The position numbers were made by a program, and so were the translations under genes. This document shows, piece by piece, positions 51,383-61,784 of a stretch of DNA of 64,000 nt. The DNA comes from Candidatus Eiseniibacteriota bacterium (GTDB lineage: Bacteria > Eisenbacteria > RBG-16-71-46 > CAVPCR01): contig CAVPCR010000001.1 in NCBI GenBank assembly GCA_963702435.1, forward strand, positions 1,312,001-1,376,000, given 5' to 3'. The notes under the pieces were generated by a model. That model did no database searches. It worked only from the letters and a program-made list of their open reading frames with translations, and was not told where the DNA came from. Within the stretch, counting starts at the first letter, position 1, and each line of letters opens with the position of its first letter.

Positions 51383-52916
51383 CTTGCTTCAGCCCCGACA
51401 TCAGGCGGCGCCCTGGCTCCGACAGGCTGTAGCCGCCTGGCTGCCGATCGAGCATTCCCAAGTCGGCCCACATGCCCAGCACGTTCACCAGCCGGTCCCC
51501 ACTGCAACCCGCGAACGCAGGCGTCCCCGTCGAGTGGAGGAGCGCCCCCTCCGGGTAGAAGCGGAGCGAGCATTGTTGCCCCTGGCTCATCTTCCTGAGC
51601 GTGGTCGAGAGGTGCGGCTCGATGACGACTTCGACCAGCAGGCGCCGGAGCGCCAGAGAGAGGCGGCTACTGCTCTTGGCGTCGAGCACGGCGAACGCGC
51701 GTTCGAGGTAGCTCCGCCGATCGGGGATCAAGCTCGCGGTGCGCGCAGGCTCAGTCTGGCGTTTACAGGCACTCAGGACGGCCACCGCGAAGACCGCCCT
51801 GGCCCACGCCGGCATGGCTCCGGCTCCGGACATGGGCACCGGTCCGTCGAGCCAAATGCGCTCTGGCAGCACTGCCTCGAGCTTGCCTAGCGTCTGCTCA
51901 AGCAGGGGTGGCTCGGCATCGAAGACCTCAGCGAGCAACGCCGGAAGGGGCTCGTCAGTGGACCACGCATCGATGACATCTTCCACGGTGCCATCGTTGA
52001 GATCGATCAGCGTATCGGTCAGGGCCGCCATGAGAAGTTCGATGGCGAAGTGAACGCGTCTCCGAAGTTCGTACTCCGCCCACGCCATGCCGACCTCACT
52101 TTCTGCGTGACCGCCGGCTGCCTCCTCATATGCCGTGCGTATGAGGTCCGACGAGGACATCACCTTGCCTGCGACATGCTCGAGAGCCCAGCGGGTTGTC
52201 GCCAGGAAGCGTCGATATGAGTCGCTGACTGCCGCGTTCTCGATGTACGGGCTAAGGAAGGCTTCCAGCAGAAGGTCACGCTCCTTCGGCAGCTCATCGA
52301 TGGCGTTCAAGGAGAAGATATGAGCCTCCGCTTCAAGTGCGGTCGCGGTGAGGATGCCGCCATGGAGGACAAGGTCCGCCACGCTGGAGTCGCGCAGCGC
52401 GTCCTGGCGCGCCTTATGCAGCGCCCGGCCGCGTGGTGGTACCCGCACCGGCAGGTCACCCTCGCCTGTTTGCAGAAGCCCAAAGGACCGGCACGGCATC
52501 ACGTAGGTTCCGTACGCGCCTTCTCCGGGAGCATCGGGCATCTTGACGGTGCCAGTCTTTTCCATCTCCGCGACGGCTTCCGCGAAGAGCTCAAGCCCGA
52601 TAATGCCGTAAGTGGCGCTGTTCTTGTCCTTGTTCGCATGGGCGCGCGAGGCGGCCAGGACCACGAACTCCATGCGACGGACTACCTGGTTGAACCGGTT
52701 CTTCTCGAACCGTGCAGTCCCGCCGCCCCGTTTCAGCTCATCGTCGTAGTACTCGGCGATCAGCCACGGAAGCAGGGACAGGTACCTTGCACGGAAGGAG
52801 ATCGTGGTGATGCCTGCGACCCAGTGGCGCTCGATGCTCTGGTCCAATTGACGCAGACCGAGGATGTCGAGTCCCTTGATCTTGTTGCCTTCTCCCGCAT
52901 TCCAGAACGAATCCAA
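51375..52916 (-). CDS. Hypothetical protein with a DUF6361-like N-terminal motif
   Basis: AAGGAG RBS with TTG start at 52916; GLDILGLR...VAGITTISFRARYLSLL motif; overlaps the PLD start by 8 bp. Confidence 0.7.
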   Translation of the reverse strand: MDSFWNAGEGNKIKGLDILGLRQLDQSIERHWVAGITTISFRARYLSLLPWLIAEYYDDELKRGGGTARFEKNRFNQVVRRMEFVVLAASRAHANKDKNSATYGIIGLELFAEAVAEMEKTGTVKMPDAPGEGAYGTYVMPCRSFGLLQTGEGDLPVRVPPRGRALHKARQDALRDSSVADLVLHGGILTATALEAEAHIFSLNAIDELPKERDLLLEAFLSPYIENAAVSDSYRRFLATTRWALEHVAGKVMSSSDLIRTAYEEAAGGHAESEVGMAWAEYELRRRVHFAIELLMAALTDTLIDLNDGTVEDVIDAWSTDEPLPALLAEVFDAEPPLLEQTLGKLEAVLPERIWLDGPVPMSGAGAMPAWARAVFAVAVLSACKRQTEPARTASLIPDRRSYLERAFAVLDAKSSSRLSLALRRLLVEVVIEPHLSTTLRKMSQGQQCSLRFYPEGALLHSTGTPAFAGCSGDRLVNVLGMWADLGMLDRQPGGYSLSEPGRRLMSGLKQDA

Positions 52917-53080
52917 TGCAGGTCTCCTTGCTGGATCATCAGATCTGGCACCGAGAGCGCCTCGCGTTAGGCGGCGACCATCGTAGCCGGTGCGACTCGG
53001 GCAGCGCAAGACGCGCGCGCGGGTGCGTACTCGACGTCCATTCCCCTGTGTTAGGTCCGACAAGTCATGGGCGGCGCGGC

Positions 53081-53109
53081 TTCACGCCTCCTCTGCCGAG
53101 GTGTACACT
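53081..53109 (+). promoter_or_regulatory. Sigma70-type promoter of the MTase-helicase operon (probably leaderless)
   Basis: TTCACG-17 bp-TACACT, 8 nt before ATG 53118; overlapped by the near-palindrome CCGAG-GTGTACA-CTCGG. Confidence 0.5.
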
Positions 53110-53117
53110 CGGGCGCC

Positions 53118-56100
53118 ATGGACTTCCTGAATCCGCGTGAGCCACGCCCTCTCACCACTCCCGCGCCTGCAAGCATGAGAACGCTGGGGCTCTTCCTGGG
53201 TCCTGGCGCCCTGGCGCTCGAGGTCGCCGTTCTCGAATCCGATCGCCGCCCCACGTCCCCGGAACTCAGGGACTACCTGGACGATCGCGCCGGGAAGCGC
53301 GTCGCCCCCGTCCTCGCCGTGATCCTCTGGGGCGAAGGAAAGGCCGCTCTCGGGAGCCGCGTCGGCGATGCCACGACCATTGTCACCGACGCCGACCGCG
53401 ACCAGGTCGAGCGGCTGTGCAGCGCGGCGCTCGATGCCCCCGACCGACACGGGGCCATCCGCTTCCTGATGCACTCTCTGCCGCAGCTCGAAGCGCCCAT
53501 TCCCGGTCTCAGGAACGCCGGCCTCTTTGCTCTCCACGAGCTCGAGCATGGCGTTCCGCGCCTCCCCATCTGGGACCAGGGAGTCCAGAAGGGCCAGTCC
53601 CTCCTCGCGCAGCGAGGGCGCAAGCTGATCGAGGGGCTCGGCTTCTCGATCGAGCCGCTTCCTGGCCCCGCCTCCGTCCTCGTTGCGAAGGGGACGAAGC
53701 TCGCTGTCGCGGTGTTCCTCGAACGATCGGATGAGATCGACCCCCCGGCCTCCCGCTTCGACGGCATGTCGGCCATCTCGTATGCGCTCGCCAAGGCGGA
53801 TCACGAGAATCTCGACTACGTTGTTGTCTCCGCCGGGGCCGTGCTGCGCGTGTATCCCGTCAAGCCCGGAATCGGGGCTGGCCGGCGCGGGCGCACCGAG
53901 ACCTTCGTGGAGCTGAACCTCGATCTCCTGCGGAACCCCGACGCGGGTTACCTGTGGCTCCTCTGCTCGGCCGATGCCCTGGTCGCTGGTGGCAGCTTCC
54001 AGGCCATCCTCGAGCGGAGCGAGATCTTCGCTGCCGATCTCGGCACGCGCCTGCGCTCGAGAGTCTATGAGAGCGTCGTGCCCGGGATCGCCAAGGCGAT
54101 CGCTCAGGCTCGCAAACTGCGCAAGCCCACCGCCGAGCAGCTCCGCGAGACCTACGAGATGGCGCTCCTCGTCCTCTTCCGGCTCCTCTTCGTGGCGTAC
54201 GCGGAGGACAAGGACCTCCTGCCCTACCAGCGGAGCCATTCCTACCGGAGCCATTCCCTGAAGGAGATCGCGCGCCGTCTGCAATCCGCCATCGAAACGA
54301 AGACCGCGCTCTCGAATGAGGATTTCTGCTGGAACGAGGTGAGCCAGCTGTGGAAGGCGGTGGATCGCGGCAACCGCACGTGGAATGTGCCGCCGTACGA
54401 CGGTGGCCTCTTCAGCACGGATGACGATGCTCCTGCCGCATCTCGAGCGCTCGACGCGCTCTCCATCCCCGACCGGGCCTTTGCCCCGGCGCTCGCTGCC
54501 CTTCTCCTCGATCGAACCGCGGAGGGAACGCTGGGCCCGATCGACTTCCGCTCGCTCGGGGTCCGGGAGTTCGGGACCATCTATGAGGGGTTGCTCGAGA
54601 GCGAGCTGTCGGTGGCCGATGTGGATCTCGCCGTTGACCCGAAGACCAAGGCTTTCGTGCCGGCCAGGAAGGGGAAGGCGGTCGAGGTCGCGGCGGGGGA
54701 GATCTACCTCCACAACGCCTCCGGAGCCCGGAAGGCGAGCGGCGCCTACTACACCAAGCACTTCGCGGTCGAGCATCTCCTCGAGCACTCGCTCGAGCCG
54801 GCCCTGGATTCCCATCTCCAACGTCTCGACGCAGTCGAGGATCCCCGGGACGCTGCCGATCGGTTCTTCGAGTTCCGGGTGGCTGACATCGCCATGGGAT
54901 CAGGCCACTTCCTCGTGGCCGCCATTGATCGTATCGAGCGTCGCCTCTCGAACTACCTCGCCAGGCGACCGCTCGCTGGCGTGACCGACGAGCTCAACCG
55001 GCTGCGGCGAACCGCCCGGGAAGCGCTGGGTGAAGACTGGGACGGCGAGCCGATCGAGGATGCACGCCTCCTCAGGCGCCAGATCGCGCGGCGCTGCATC
55101 TACGGGGTCGATCTGAACCCGCTGGCGGTCGAGCTCGCCCGTCTCTCGGTGTGGATTCACACCTTCATCCCGGGACTGCCGCTGTCGTTCCTCGATCACA
55201 ACCTCGTCGTGGGCAACTCGCTCGTCGGGATCGCGACCTTCGCGGAGGCTGCGGAGCTCATCGGCGAGCAATCCGGGGACCTCTTCTCGTTCACGGCCGG
55301 CGAGCGGCTCGCGAAGGCTCGGGAACCCATCCAGAGACTCGCGCGGCTGGCTGACGCCAACGCCGCCGAGATCCGCGAGGCGAAGAAGCTCTACAAGGAG
55401 GCGCGCAGGAAGATCGCCGCGGAAGCCGATCTCCTCACGATCCTCACTGCTTCGCGCATCGATGAAGAGGTGGCACATGCGGTCAACAGCCGCCAGGTGG
55501 CCGCACTTGCCGCCGAACAGGCGGACGCCTTCACGGCCGCGCTCCTCAAGCGCGCCGAGAAGGCCCTGGCCGGGCTCCGCCCATTGCACTTCCCGATCGC
55601 CTTCCCGGAGGTGTTCCTGCGTGCGCGCGGCGGGTTCGATGTGATCATCGGCAACCCGCCCTGGGAGGAGGCTACGATCGAGGAGAATGCGTTCTGGGCA
55701 CGGCACTTTCCCGGTCTCCGCGGGCTGGAGCAGCGGGAGCAGGAACGGCGCAAGGCGCAGTGCCGCCGCGAACGCCACGACCTGGCCGCCGAGCTGGACG
55801 AGGCAGTCGAGACGATGGCCCGGTTACGCCAGGTCCTGACCTCGGGGCCCTTTCCCGGGATGGGAACGGGCGACCCGGATGTCTACAAGGCCTTCTGCTG
55901 GCGATTCTGGAGCCTTGTGGCTGCCGATGGGGGACGGATCGGCGTCGTCCTTCCTCGCTCCGCGCTTGCCGCCAAGGGTTCGACGGAGTTCCGAGCCTGC
56001 GTCTTTGGGTCGGCTGGTGGAGTCGATGTCACGATGCTTCTCAACAACAGGAGCTGGATGTTCGAGGACGTGCATCCTCAGTACACGATCGCCCTGGTTG

Positions 56101-57146
56101 CCATCACCCGCGGGCCGACCAAGTCGGCCCCCGTCCGCCTCCGAGGCCCGTACGCGAGCGAAGCTCGCTACCGCGATGGCATGGTGCGCGAACCAGCCGT
56201 CTTCTATGGCAAGGACATCGCTGCCTGGAATGACACGTCCTCGCTGCCCCTCCTCCCGACCGAGCGCTCGGCCGAGGTCTTCGCGAAGCTCCGTCGTGCC
56301 CCGCGGCTGGACCTCGATGACGGAACCTCCTGGCGCGCCCGGCCACATACCGAGCTGCATGCAACGAACGACAAGCCGCTCATGGACCTTCGCTCGAAGG
56401 ACTGCCCCGAGGGATTCTGGCCCGTGTACAAGGGAGAGTCCTTCGATCTCTGGATGCCTGATACAGGCACCTACTACGCCTGGGCGAATCCAGCAAAGGT
56501 CCAGCACGCGCTTCAGCAGAAGCGGATGGGGGCAAGGAAGAAGGGATCACCCTTCGCCGAGTTCAAGGATGCGTGGCGCAATGCCCCGGGGACACTCCCA
56601 TGCCTCGGCCCTCGCGTGGCGTTCCGGGACATCACGAACCGCACAAACCAGCGCACCGTCATCGCTGCCCTCATCCCCGGCGAGGTGTTCCTCGCGAACA
56701 CGGCTCCGTACCTGCTCTGGCCCCGCGGCGATGAGAAGGATCAGGCGTTTCTCCTCGGCATACTCTCCTCGCTGCCGCTCGACTGGTATGCACGCCGCTT
56801 CGTCGAAACGCACGTCAACTTCTTCATCCTGAACCCCTTCCCGGTCCCCCGCCCCGCTCGCACCGACCGGCTCTGGCTTCGCGCCGTCGAGATCGCCGGG
56901 CAGCTTGCCTCCCCCGATCGCCGCTTGGCCGCCTGGGCCAGGGCGGTCGGGGTAAGGCTGCGCGGACTGGCAGAAGACGAGAAGGAGGACATGGTCGCCG
57001 AGCTTGACGCCGCCACCGCCCATCTCTACGGCCTGAACGAGGTGGATCTCGCCCACATCTTCGAGACGTTCCACGAAGGATGGGACTACGCGAAGCGGCT
57101 CGAGGAGACGCTCGGCCACTTCGCCGCATTGAAGGGGCTCTCATGA
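53118..57146 (+). CDS. Type IIG/Eco57I-like N6-adenine DNA methyltransferase with C-terminal target-recognition domain
   Basis: RLLFVAYAED, YDGGLF, FGTIYEGLL, RKASGAYYT, motif I DIAMGSGHFL, YGVDLNPLAVELA, motif IV IIGNPPW, FRDITNRTNQRT. Confidence 0.92.
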   Translation: MDFLNPREPRPLTTPAPASMRTLGLFLGPGALALEVAVLESDRRPTSPELRDYLDDRAGKRVAPVLAVILWGEGKAALGSRVGDATTIVTDADRDQVERLCSAALDAPDRHGAIRFLMHSLPQLEAPIPGLRNAGLFALHELEHGVPRLPIWDQGVQKGQSLLAQRGRKLIEGLGFSIEPLPGPASVLVAKGTKLAVAVFLERSDEIDPPASRFDGMSAISYALAKADHENLDYVVVSAGAVLRVYPVKPGIGAGRRGRTETFVELNLDLLRNPDAGYLWLLCSADALVAGGSFQAILERSEIFAADLGTRLRSRVYESVVPGIAKAIAQARKLRKPTAEQLRETYEMALLVLFRLLFVAYAEDKDLLPYQRSHSYRSHSLKEIARRLQSAIETKTALSNEDFCWNEVSQLWKAVDRGNRTWNVPPYDGGLFSTDDDAPAASRALDALSIPDRAFAPALAALLLDRTAEGTLGPIDFRSLGVREFGTIYEGLLESELSVADVDLAVDPKTKAFVPARKGKAVEVAAGEIYLHNASGARKASGAYYTKHFAVEHLLEHSLEPALDSHLQRLDAVEDPRDAADRFFEFRVADIAMGSGHFLVAAIDRIERRLSNYLARRPLAGVTDELNRLRRTAREALGEDWDGEPIEDARLLRRQIARRCIYGVDLNPLAVELARLSVWIHTFIPGLPLSFLDHNLVVGNSLVGIATFAEAAELIGEQSGDLFSFTAGERLAKAREPIQRLARLADANAAEIREAKKLYKEARRKIAAEADLLTILTASRIDEEVAHAVNSRQVAALAAEQADAFTAALLKRAEKALAGLRPLHFPIAFPEVFLRARGGFDVIIGNPPWEEATIEENAFWARHFPGLRGLEQREQERRKAQCRRERHDLAAELDEAVETMARLRQVLTSGPFPGMGTGDPDVYKAFCWRFWSLVAADGGRIGVVLPRSALAAKGSTEFRACVFGSAGGVDVTMLLNNRSWMFEDVHPQYTIALVAITRGPTKSAPVRLRGPYASEARYRDGMVREPAVFYGKDIAAWNDTSSLPLLPTERSAEVFAKLRRAPRLDLDDGTSWRARPHTELHATNDKPLMDLRSKDCPEGFWPVYKGESFDLWMPDTGTYYAWANPAKVQHALQQKRMGARKKGSPFAEFKDAWRNAPGTLPCLGPRVAFRDITNRTNQRTVIAALIPGEVFLANTAPYLLWPRGDEKDQAFLLGILSSLPLDWYARRFVETHVNFFILNPFPVPRPARTDRLWLRAVEIAGQLASPDRRLAAWARAVGVRLRGLAEDEKEDMVAELDAATAHLYGLNEVDLAHIFETFHEGWDYAKRLEETLGHFAALKGLS

Positions 57147-60100
57147 GCCAGCCCGAGTTCGTCGACAACCGCGATGGCAACACGCTCGCGGCTGCCTTGA
57201 ACGCCCGGCTTCGCCACCTCGCCGCGACCCTCCGCGAGCCGGTGGATGTGGCGATCGCAACCGGCTACTTCAACCCTGAAGGTTTCTCCCAGGTCGCCGC
57301 CGCGCTCGCCGCCGCCGGGCGGGTGCGTCTCCTCCTCGGTGCGGAGCCCGTCCCGCCGCCGGCCCGCCCCGTGCGCCGGCTCGGCGATCCCCGGGGCGAG
57401 CGGTTCGAGAGCAAGCTCGCAACCGACGCTCTCGCCCAGAACGAGCGTGGCCTCCTTCGCGACCGCGATCGCCTCGTCTTCTCGGCCGAGAACGATCGTG
57501 CGATCCGGGCGCTCCTCGACTTCCTCGAGTCCGGACAGATCGAGGTGCGGCGCTACGAGAAGGGCTTTCTCCACGGCAAGGCCTACCTCTTCTCGCAGCA
57601 GAATGGGGTCATCGCCGGATCCTCGAACTTCACGTTCTCCGGCCTCACGAGGAATCTCGAGCTCAACCTCGGGCAGTACCAGCCGAGCGTCGCCGGTCAG
57701 GTCGAGCGGTGGTTCGAGGACCTGTGGGAAGAGTCCGCGCCCTATGACCTCGCGGCGGTCTATGCCTCCCGTTTCGCCGAGTACTCCCCGTATCTCCTCT
57801 ATCTCCGCGTCCTCTGGGAGCGCTATGGCGCCGAGCTCGCCCAGGAGGCCACGCCGACCGGTCACATCCAGCTCACGCGCCTGCAGACAGACGGGCTCGA
57901 GCGCGCGCGCCGGATGCTCGAGCGCTACAACGGGGTGCTCGTTGCCGACGGGGTCGGCCTTGGCAAGACGTTCCTCGGCGGGGAGCTGCTCCGCGAGACG
58001 ATCGAGCAGAAGCGCCAGCGGGCGCTCCTGATTGCCCCCGCTGCTCTGCGGGACGGGACCTGGGCTCGCTTCAGGGCGCGCTTCCAGCTCGGGTTCGAAG
58101 TGCGCTCCTTTGAGCAGGTGACCATGGACAAGCAGCTCGGTGGCACGGAGCAGATTCTCGACGCGAAGATCGAGACCTACTCGCTCATCGTGATCGATGA
58201 GGCGCACGCATACCGCAATCTCGACACGAAGCGGGCGCAGGCTCTTCGCCGCCTCCTCCGGGGCGATCCCCCGAAGCGTGTGGTCCTCATGACCGCCACC
58301 CCAGTCAACAACAGCCTGTGGGATCTCTATGACCTCCTCACCTACTTCGTCGGACACGACGCCGTGTTCTCGGATCTCGGCGTGCCGTCGCTCAAGCGCC
58401 GTTTCGATGATGCTTCCCGGCAGGACCCCTTCACGCTGAAGCCGGATGTCCTGTTCGACATTCTCGACGCCACGACCGTCCGGAGGACGCGGCATTTCGT
58501 GGCGCGCTACTACGCCGACGATCGCGTCCAGACTGCGGCCGGCGACTGGGTCACGATCCAGTTCCCGCGACCGCACGTGCGATCGATCTCCTACGACCTG
58601 GAAGACACGCTGCCCGGATTCCTGGCAGAGTTCGCCGAGATCCTGGCGCCCGAGGAGGGGGAACCCAAGCTCTCCATGGCTCGATACTCGCCGAGCCGCT
58701 TCCGGCGAGGGGCCGATCCGGAGGCCCGCGAGCTGGCTCTCGTCGGGCTCATCCGCACCGGGCTCCTCAAGCGTTTCGAGTCGTCGGCGCATGCCCTCGC
58801 CAACACCCTGCGGCACATGGTGGAAGCGCATGACAGCTTCCTCGCGGCGCTGGATGAGGGTGTTCTACCTGCCCCGGAAGCGCTGGCCAGTCTCGAGGAG
58901 GCCGACAGCGATGAGGCCTGGGAGGACCTGCTGGCGACGGGGACGCCGCTCTCGACGACCGACATCGACGTCGAGGCGCTCAGCGCCGCAGTCGCGGCGG
59001 ATCGTGCGCTCCTCGCGCAGTTGCTTCGTCGCGCCGCCGCGGTGGTGGCCGAACGTGATCCGAAGCTCAAGCTCCTCGTCGGGCAACTGCGGCAGGCGCT
59101 CCGCGAGGCGGAGAGCGGTGGGGTCACCGAGGACGACATCCGGAACCGGAGGAAGATTCTCATCTTCAGCTACTTCGCGGACACCGTGGAGTGGATCGCC
59201 CGTTACCTCAAGGAGCAGCTTGGGGCCGACCGTGAACTCGCTCCGTACCGTGGTCGCCTGGCCGCCGTGCGTGGCACCGAGTCGTTCGAGGATGTCGGCC
59301 GCCAGCACGCCCTCTTCGGCTTCGCACCGGTCTCGACCGAGGCGCCGCCGAGCCTCGACCGGGACCGTTACGACATCCTGGTGACGACCGACGTGCTGGC
59401 CGAGGGCCAGAACCTGCAGCAGTGCGCGCGGATCATCAACTACGACCTGCCATGGAATCCCATGCGTCTCGTCCAGCGGCACGGGAGAATCGATCGCATC
59501 GGGAGCCCGCACCGCGACGTGTACATCACCTGCATATTCCCGGACCGCCAGCTCGAAGACATGCTTGCTCTCGAGGCGCGCATTCGCCGCAAGCTCGCGC
59601 AGGCCGCCGCGTCAATTGGGATTGAGCAGGAAGTGATTCCGGGGATCGAGGCAGTGGACCGGAGCTTCAGCGACAACCTCGCTGAACTCGCCCGCCTGCG
59701 CCGCGGCGACGCCGCCCTGTTGGAGACCGCGGGCGAGGACGTCAATGCCCATAGCGGCGAGGAGTACCGCCAAGAACTGAGGAAAGGCCTTGAGCATCAT
59801 CGCGATGCGATACTGGCCCTGCCGGGAGCAGCCGGGTCGGGGCTTGCGCGGGGAAAGACGCGAGGCCACTTCTTCTGCGCGCGCATCGATGACAAGGTGC
59901 TCCTGCGATTCGTCCCCTGGGATGGCGGAGAGATCGTGAGGGACTCCCTCTCATGCCTGCGCACGATCACCTGCAGAGAGGACACGCCCCGCGTCCTACC
60001 ACGTGATCTGGCCGTAGGAGCTTATGACGCGTGGAAGCTCGGCCCGTGATGACATCTTTGCCAGGTGGCAAGAAGCAACCGATCCCAGAAACCTCCAGCC

Positions 60101-60416
60101 GGATGTGCGGCCGCTGTTCCGGGCTGCTGCGGCGCATGTGCGGCGATACCCGCCGCCCCACCTCGGACGCGAGGAGGTCGATCGCGCGTGTGAGGCCCTC
60201 GAAGCGCCGTGGGGGGTCCGCATCGAGAAGGCGCTGCGCGAGGTGTTCACGGCGGGCGATGAGGGAGCCGACAGAACCTCCGTAGCCATCATCGAGCGGG
60301 TCAAGACACTCGGCCTTCAACCGTGGAAGGCCCCTGACCCCCTGCCGCCCATCGAAGAGGAGGACATCGTGCTCGTGGTGTGGATGGCGGTCGAGGCGGA
60401 AGGTAGGGCGTCATGA
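57143..60416 (+). CDS. PLD-nuclease-SNF2 helicase fusion; one frameshift (extra G near 60041)
   Basis: IATGYF and LHGKAY..GSSNFT..GL..NLELN (PLD); ADGVGLGKT, DEAH, TATP, YDLPWNPMRLVQRHGRIDRIG (SF2); ATGA overlap with the MTase; frame resumes as ARDDIFARW. Confidence 0.9.
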
Positions 60417-60545
60417 TGGGGCAACGCTGTCGCCACCGGCTGGCGGAGTCGCGTGGCCTGGAACTTGCTGGCTGCGCGCGGTGTGCCATACTCAGCCAAA
60501 GATCAACCGGTCCCACCCCTGCCTGGGAGACCTACGGTCGTCGCG

Positions 60546-61290
60546 ATGTCTGACTACCGACACCTCGAGCAAGGCCCCCATCGCCGAGGCGCTTCTAGAC
60601 ATCCGCGTGCTAGCCCGCACCGGGTTTGACCCCGAGTCCTTTCGCGCGGTTGCTCCCGAGCTTCGGAACACGTATCCCTACGTTGAGGAACAGCGCGGAT
60701 TCGAAACCGCATTCGGGGTGAGGAACGAGCGCCTCCTGGTCCAAACGGAGAGGGAACTAGGGCTCCGCGGGATCCTCCTGTGGAGCGGAGACAGAAAGGC
60801 CCTCGCTCAGTTTCGCATCGATGGATTCACTCTCAACCGCCTGAAGCCCTACAAGACTTGGGAATCACTCAGCAGCGAAGCAAGGCAACTCTGGCCGACT
60901 TACGTGAAAGCTGCTAGTCCTGAGCGGGTTACTCGCCTTGCGCTAAGGTACATCAACCGCATTGCGACCGCGTGGCCAGCACATGACCTCTCCGAGTACC
61001 TCGCATCACCTCCCAGCCTCCCACCAGGCCTCACCATGAGACTCAGCGGCTTTCTCACTGCGCTCACAGTTGAAGACATCGACACTGGGCTGGCGGCCAA
61101 TGTAACTACTGCACTCGAGATGCTCCCGGGCTCCGCGGCCAACCTGATTCTCGACATCGATGCCTTCAAGATAACTGACCTGGAACCGGAAGCCAGTGCC
61201 GTCTGGAAGGTCTTTGATCAATTGCACGACTTGAAGAACCGGGTCTTCTTTGCGGCCGTCACCAAAGAGGTCATCGAGAGCTGCAAATGA
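60546..61290 (+). CDS. TIGR04255 family protein; frameshift near 60567
   Basis: MSDYRHL-SKAPIAEALLDIR; Q.R.DGFTLNRLKPY..WE; RLALRYINRI; ILDIDA; LHDLKNRVFF. Confidence 0.82.
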
Positions 61291-61784
61291 CTACACTATC
61301 GATCCATCCATCGCTCCTTGCCGGCCTCCAGTTCGACCATGGTCGAGGCGACGCGGCTGGAGTGCTCCGCGAGTATCGTGACCCGACTCGGACTCAGCAT
61401 ATGGCAACGGCAGAGGTCTTGAGAAGCCAGACCGTGACAAAGCTGATCGAGACCATCCTGGAGGCTAGCGAAGCCAACTGGGACGGCTACGGGGCCCGTC
61501 CCGTATCGGCCGGAACGCAACTATATGCATGGGCATTCCTGCTGGCTCTACCCCTCAACGTGCCGGTTCCGGAGATTCAGATTGACCCCGACGGGGAGGT
61601 TGCCTTTGAGTGGTTTCGCGCTCCGAGACTTGTCCTTTCGGTCAGCATTGGAATGCGCGGCATCCTCTCCTACGCCGGTCTGTTCGGCAGGAACAAGGTA
61701 ACCGGCGCAGAGACGTTCACCGGATTGATGCCAAAGGCCCTGCTTGAGAACCTGGGCCGCCTTGCAACGACCAGGGAGTCATGA
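61287..61784 (+). CDS. Conserved hypothetical protein (NWDGYGA motif), putative antitoxin
   Basis: NWDGYGARPVS...PEI.IDPDGEVAFEW...LSVSI....LSYA; ATGA overlaps on both sides. Confidence 0.75.
   Translation: MTTLSIHPSLLAGLQFDHGRGDAAGVLREYRDPTRTQHMATAEVLRSQTVTKLIETILEASEANWDGYGARPVSAGTQLYAWAFLLALPLNVPVPEIQIDPDGEVAFEWFRAPRLVLSVSIGMRGILSYAGLFGRNKVTGAETFTGLMPKALLENLGRLATTRES

Noticed and set aside
52760..53063. Longer or frameshifted start for the DUF6361-like gene
   Set aside because: A well-spaced AAGGAG RBS precedes TTG at 52916, which explains the N-terminus without an extension.
60030..60050. Programmed ribosomal frameshift in the helicase
   Set aside because: No slippery heptamer; same +1 insertion pattern as many other probable sequencing errors.
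48719..60416. Calling the island a complete DISARM or BREX system
   Set aside because: No DrmA/DrmB (DUF1998), PglZ, BrxC or BrxL genes are visible.
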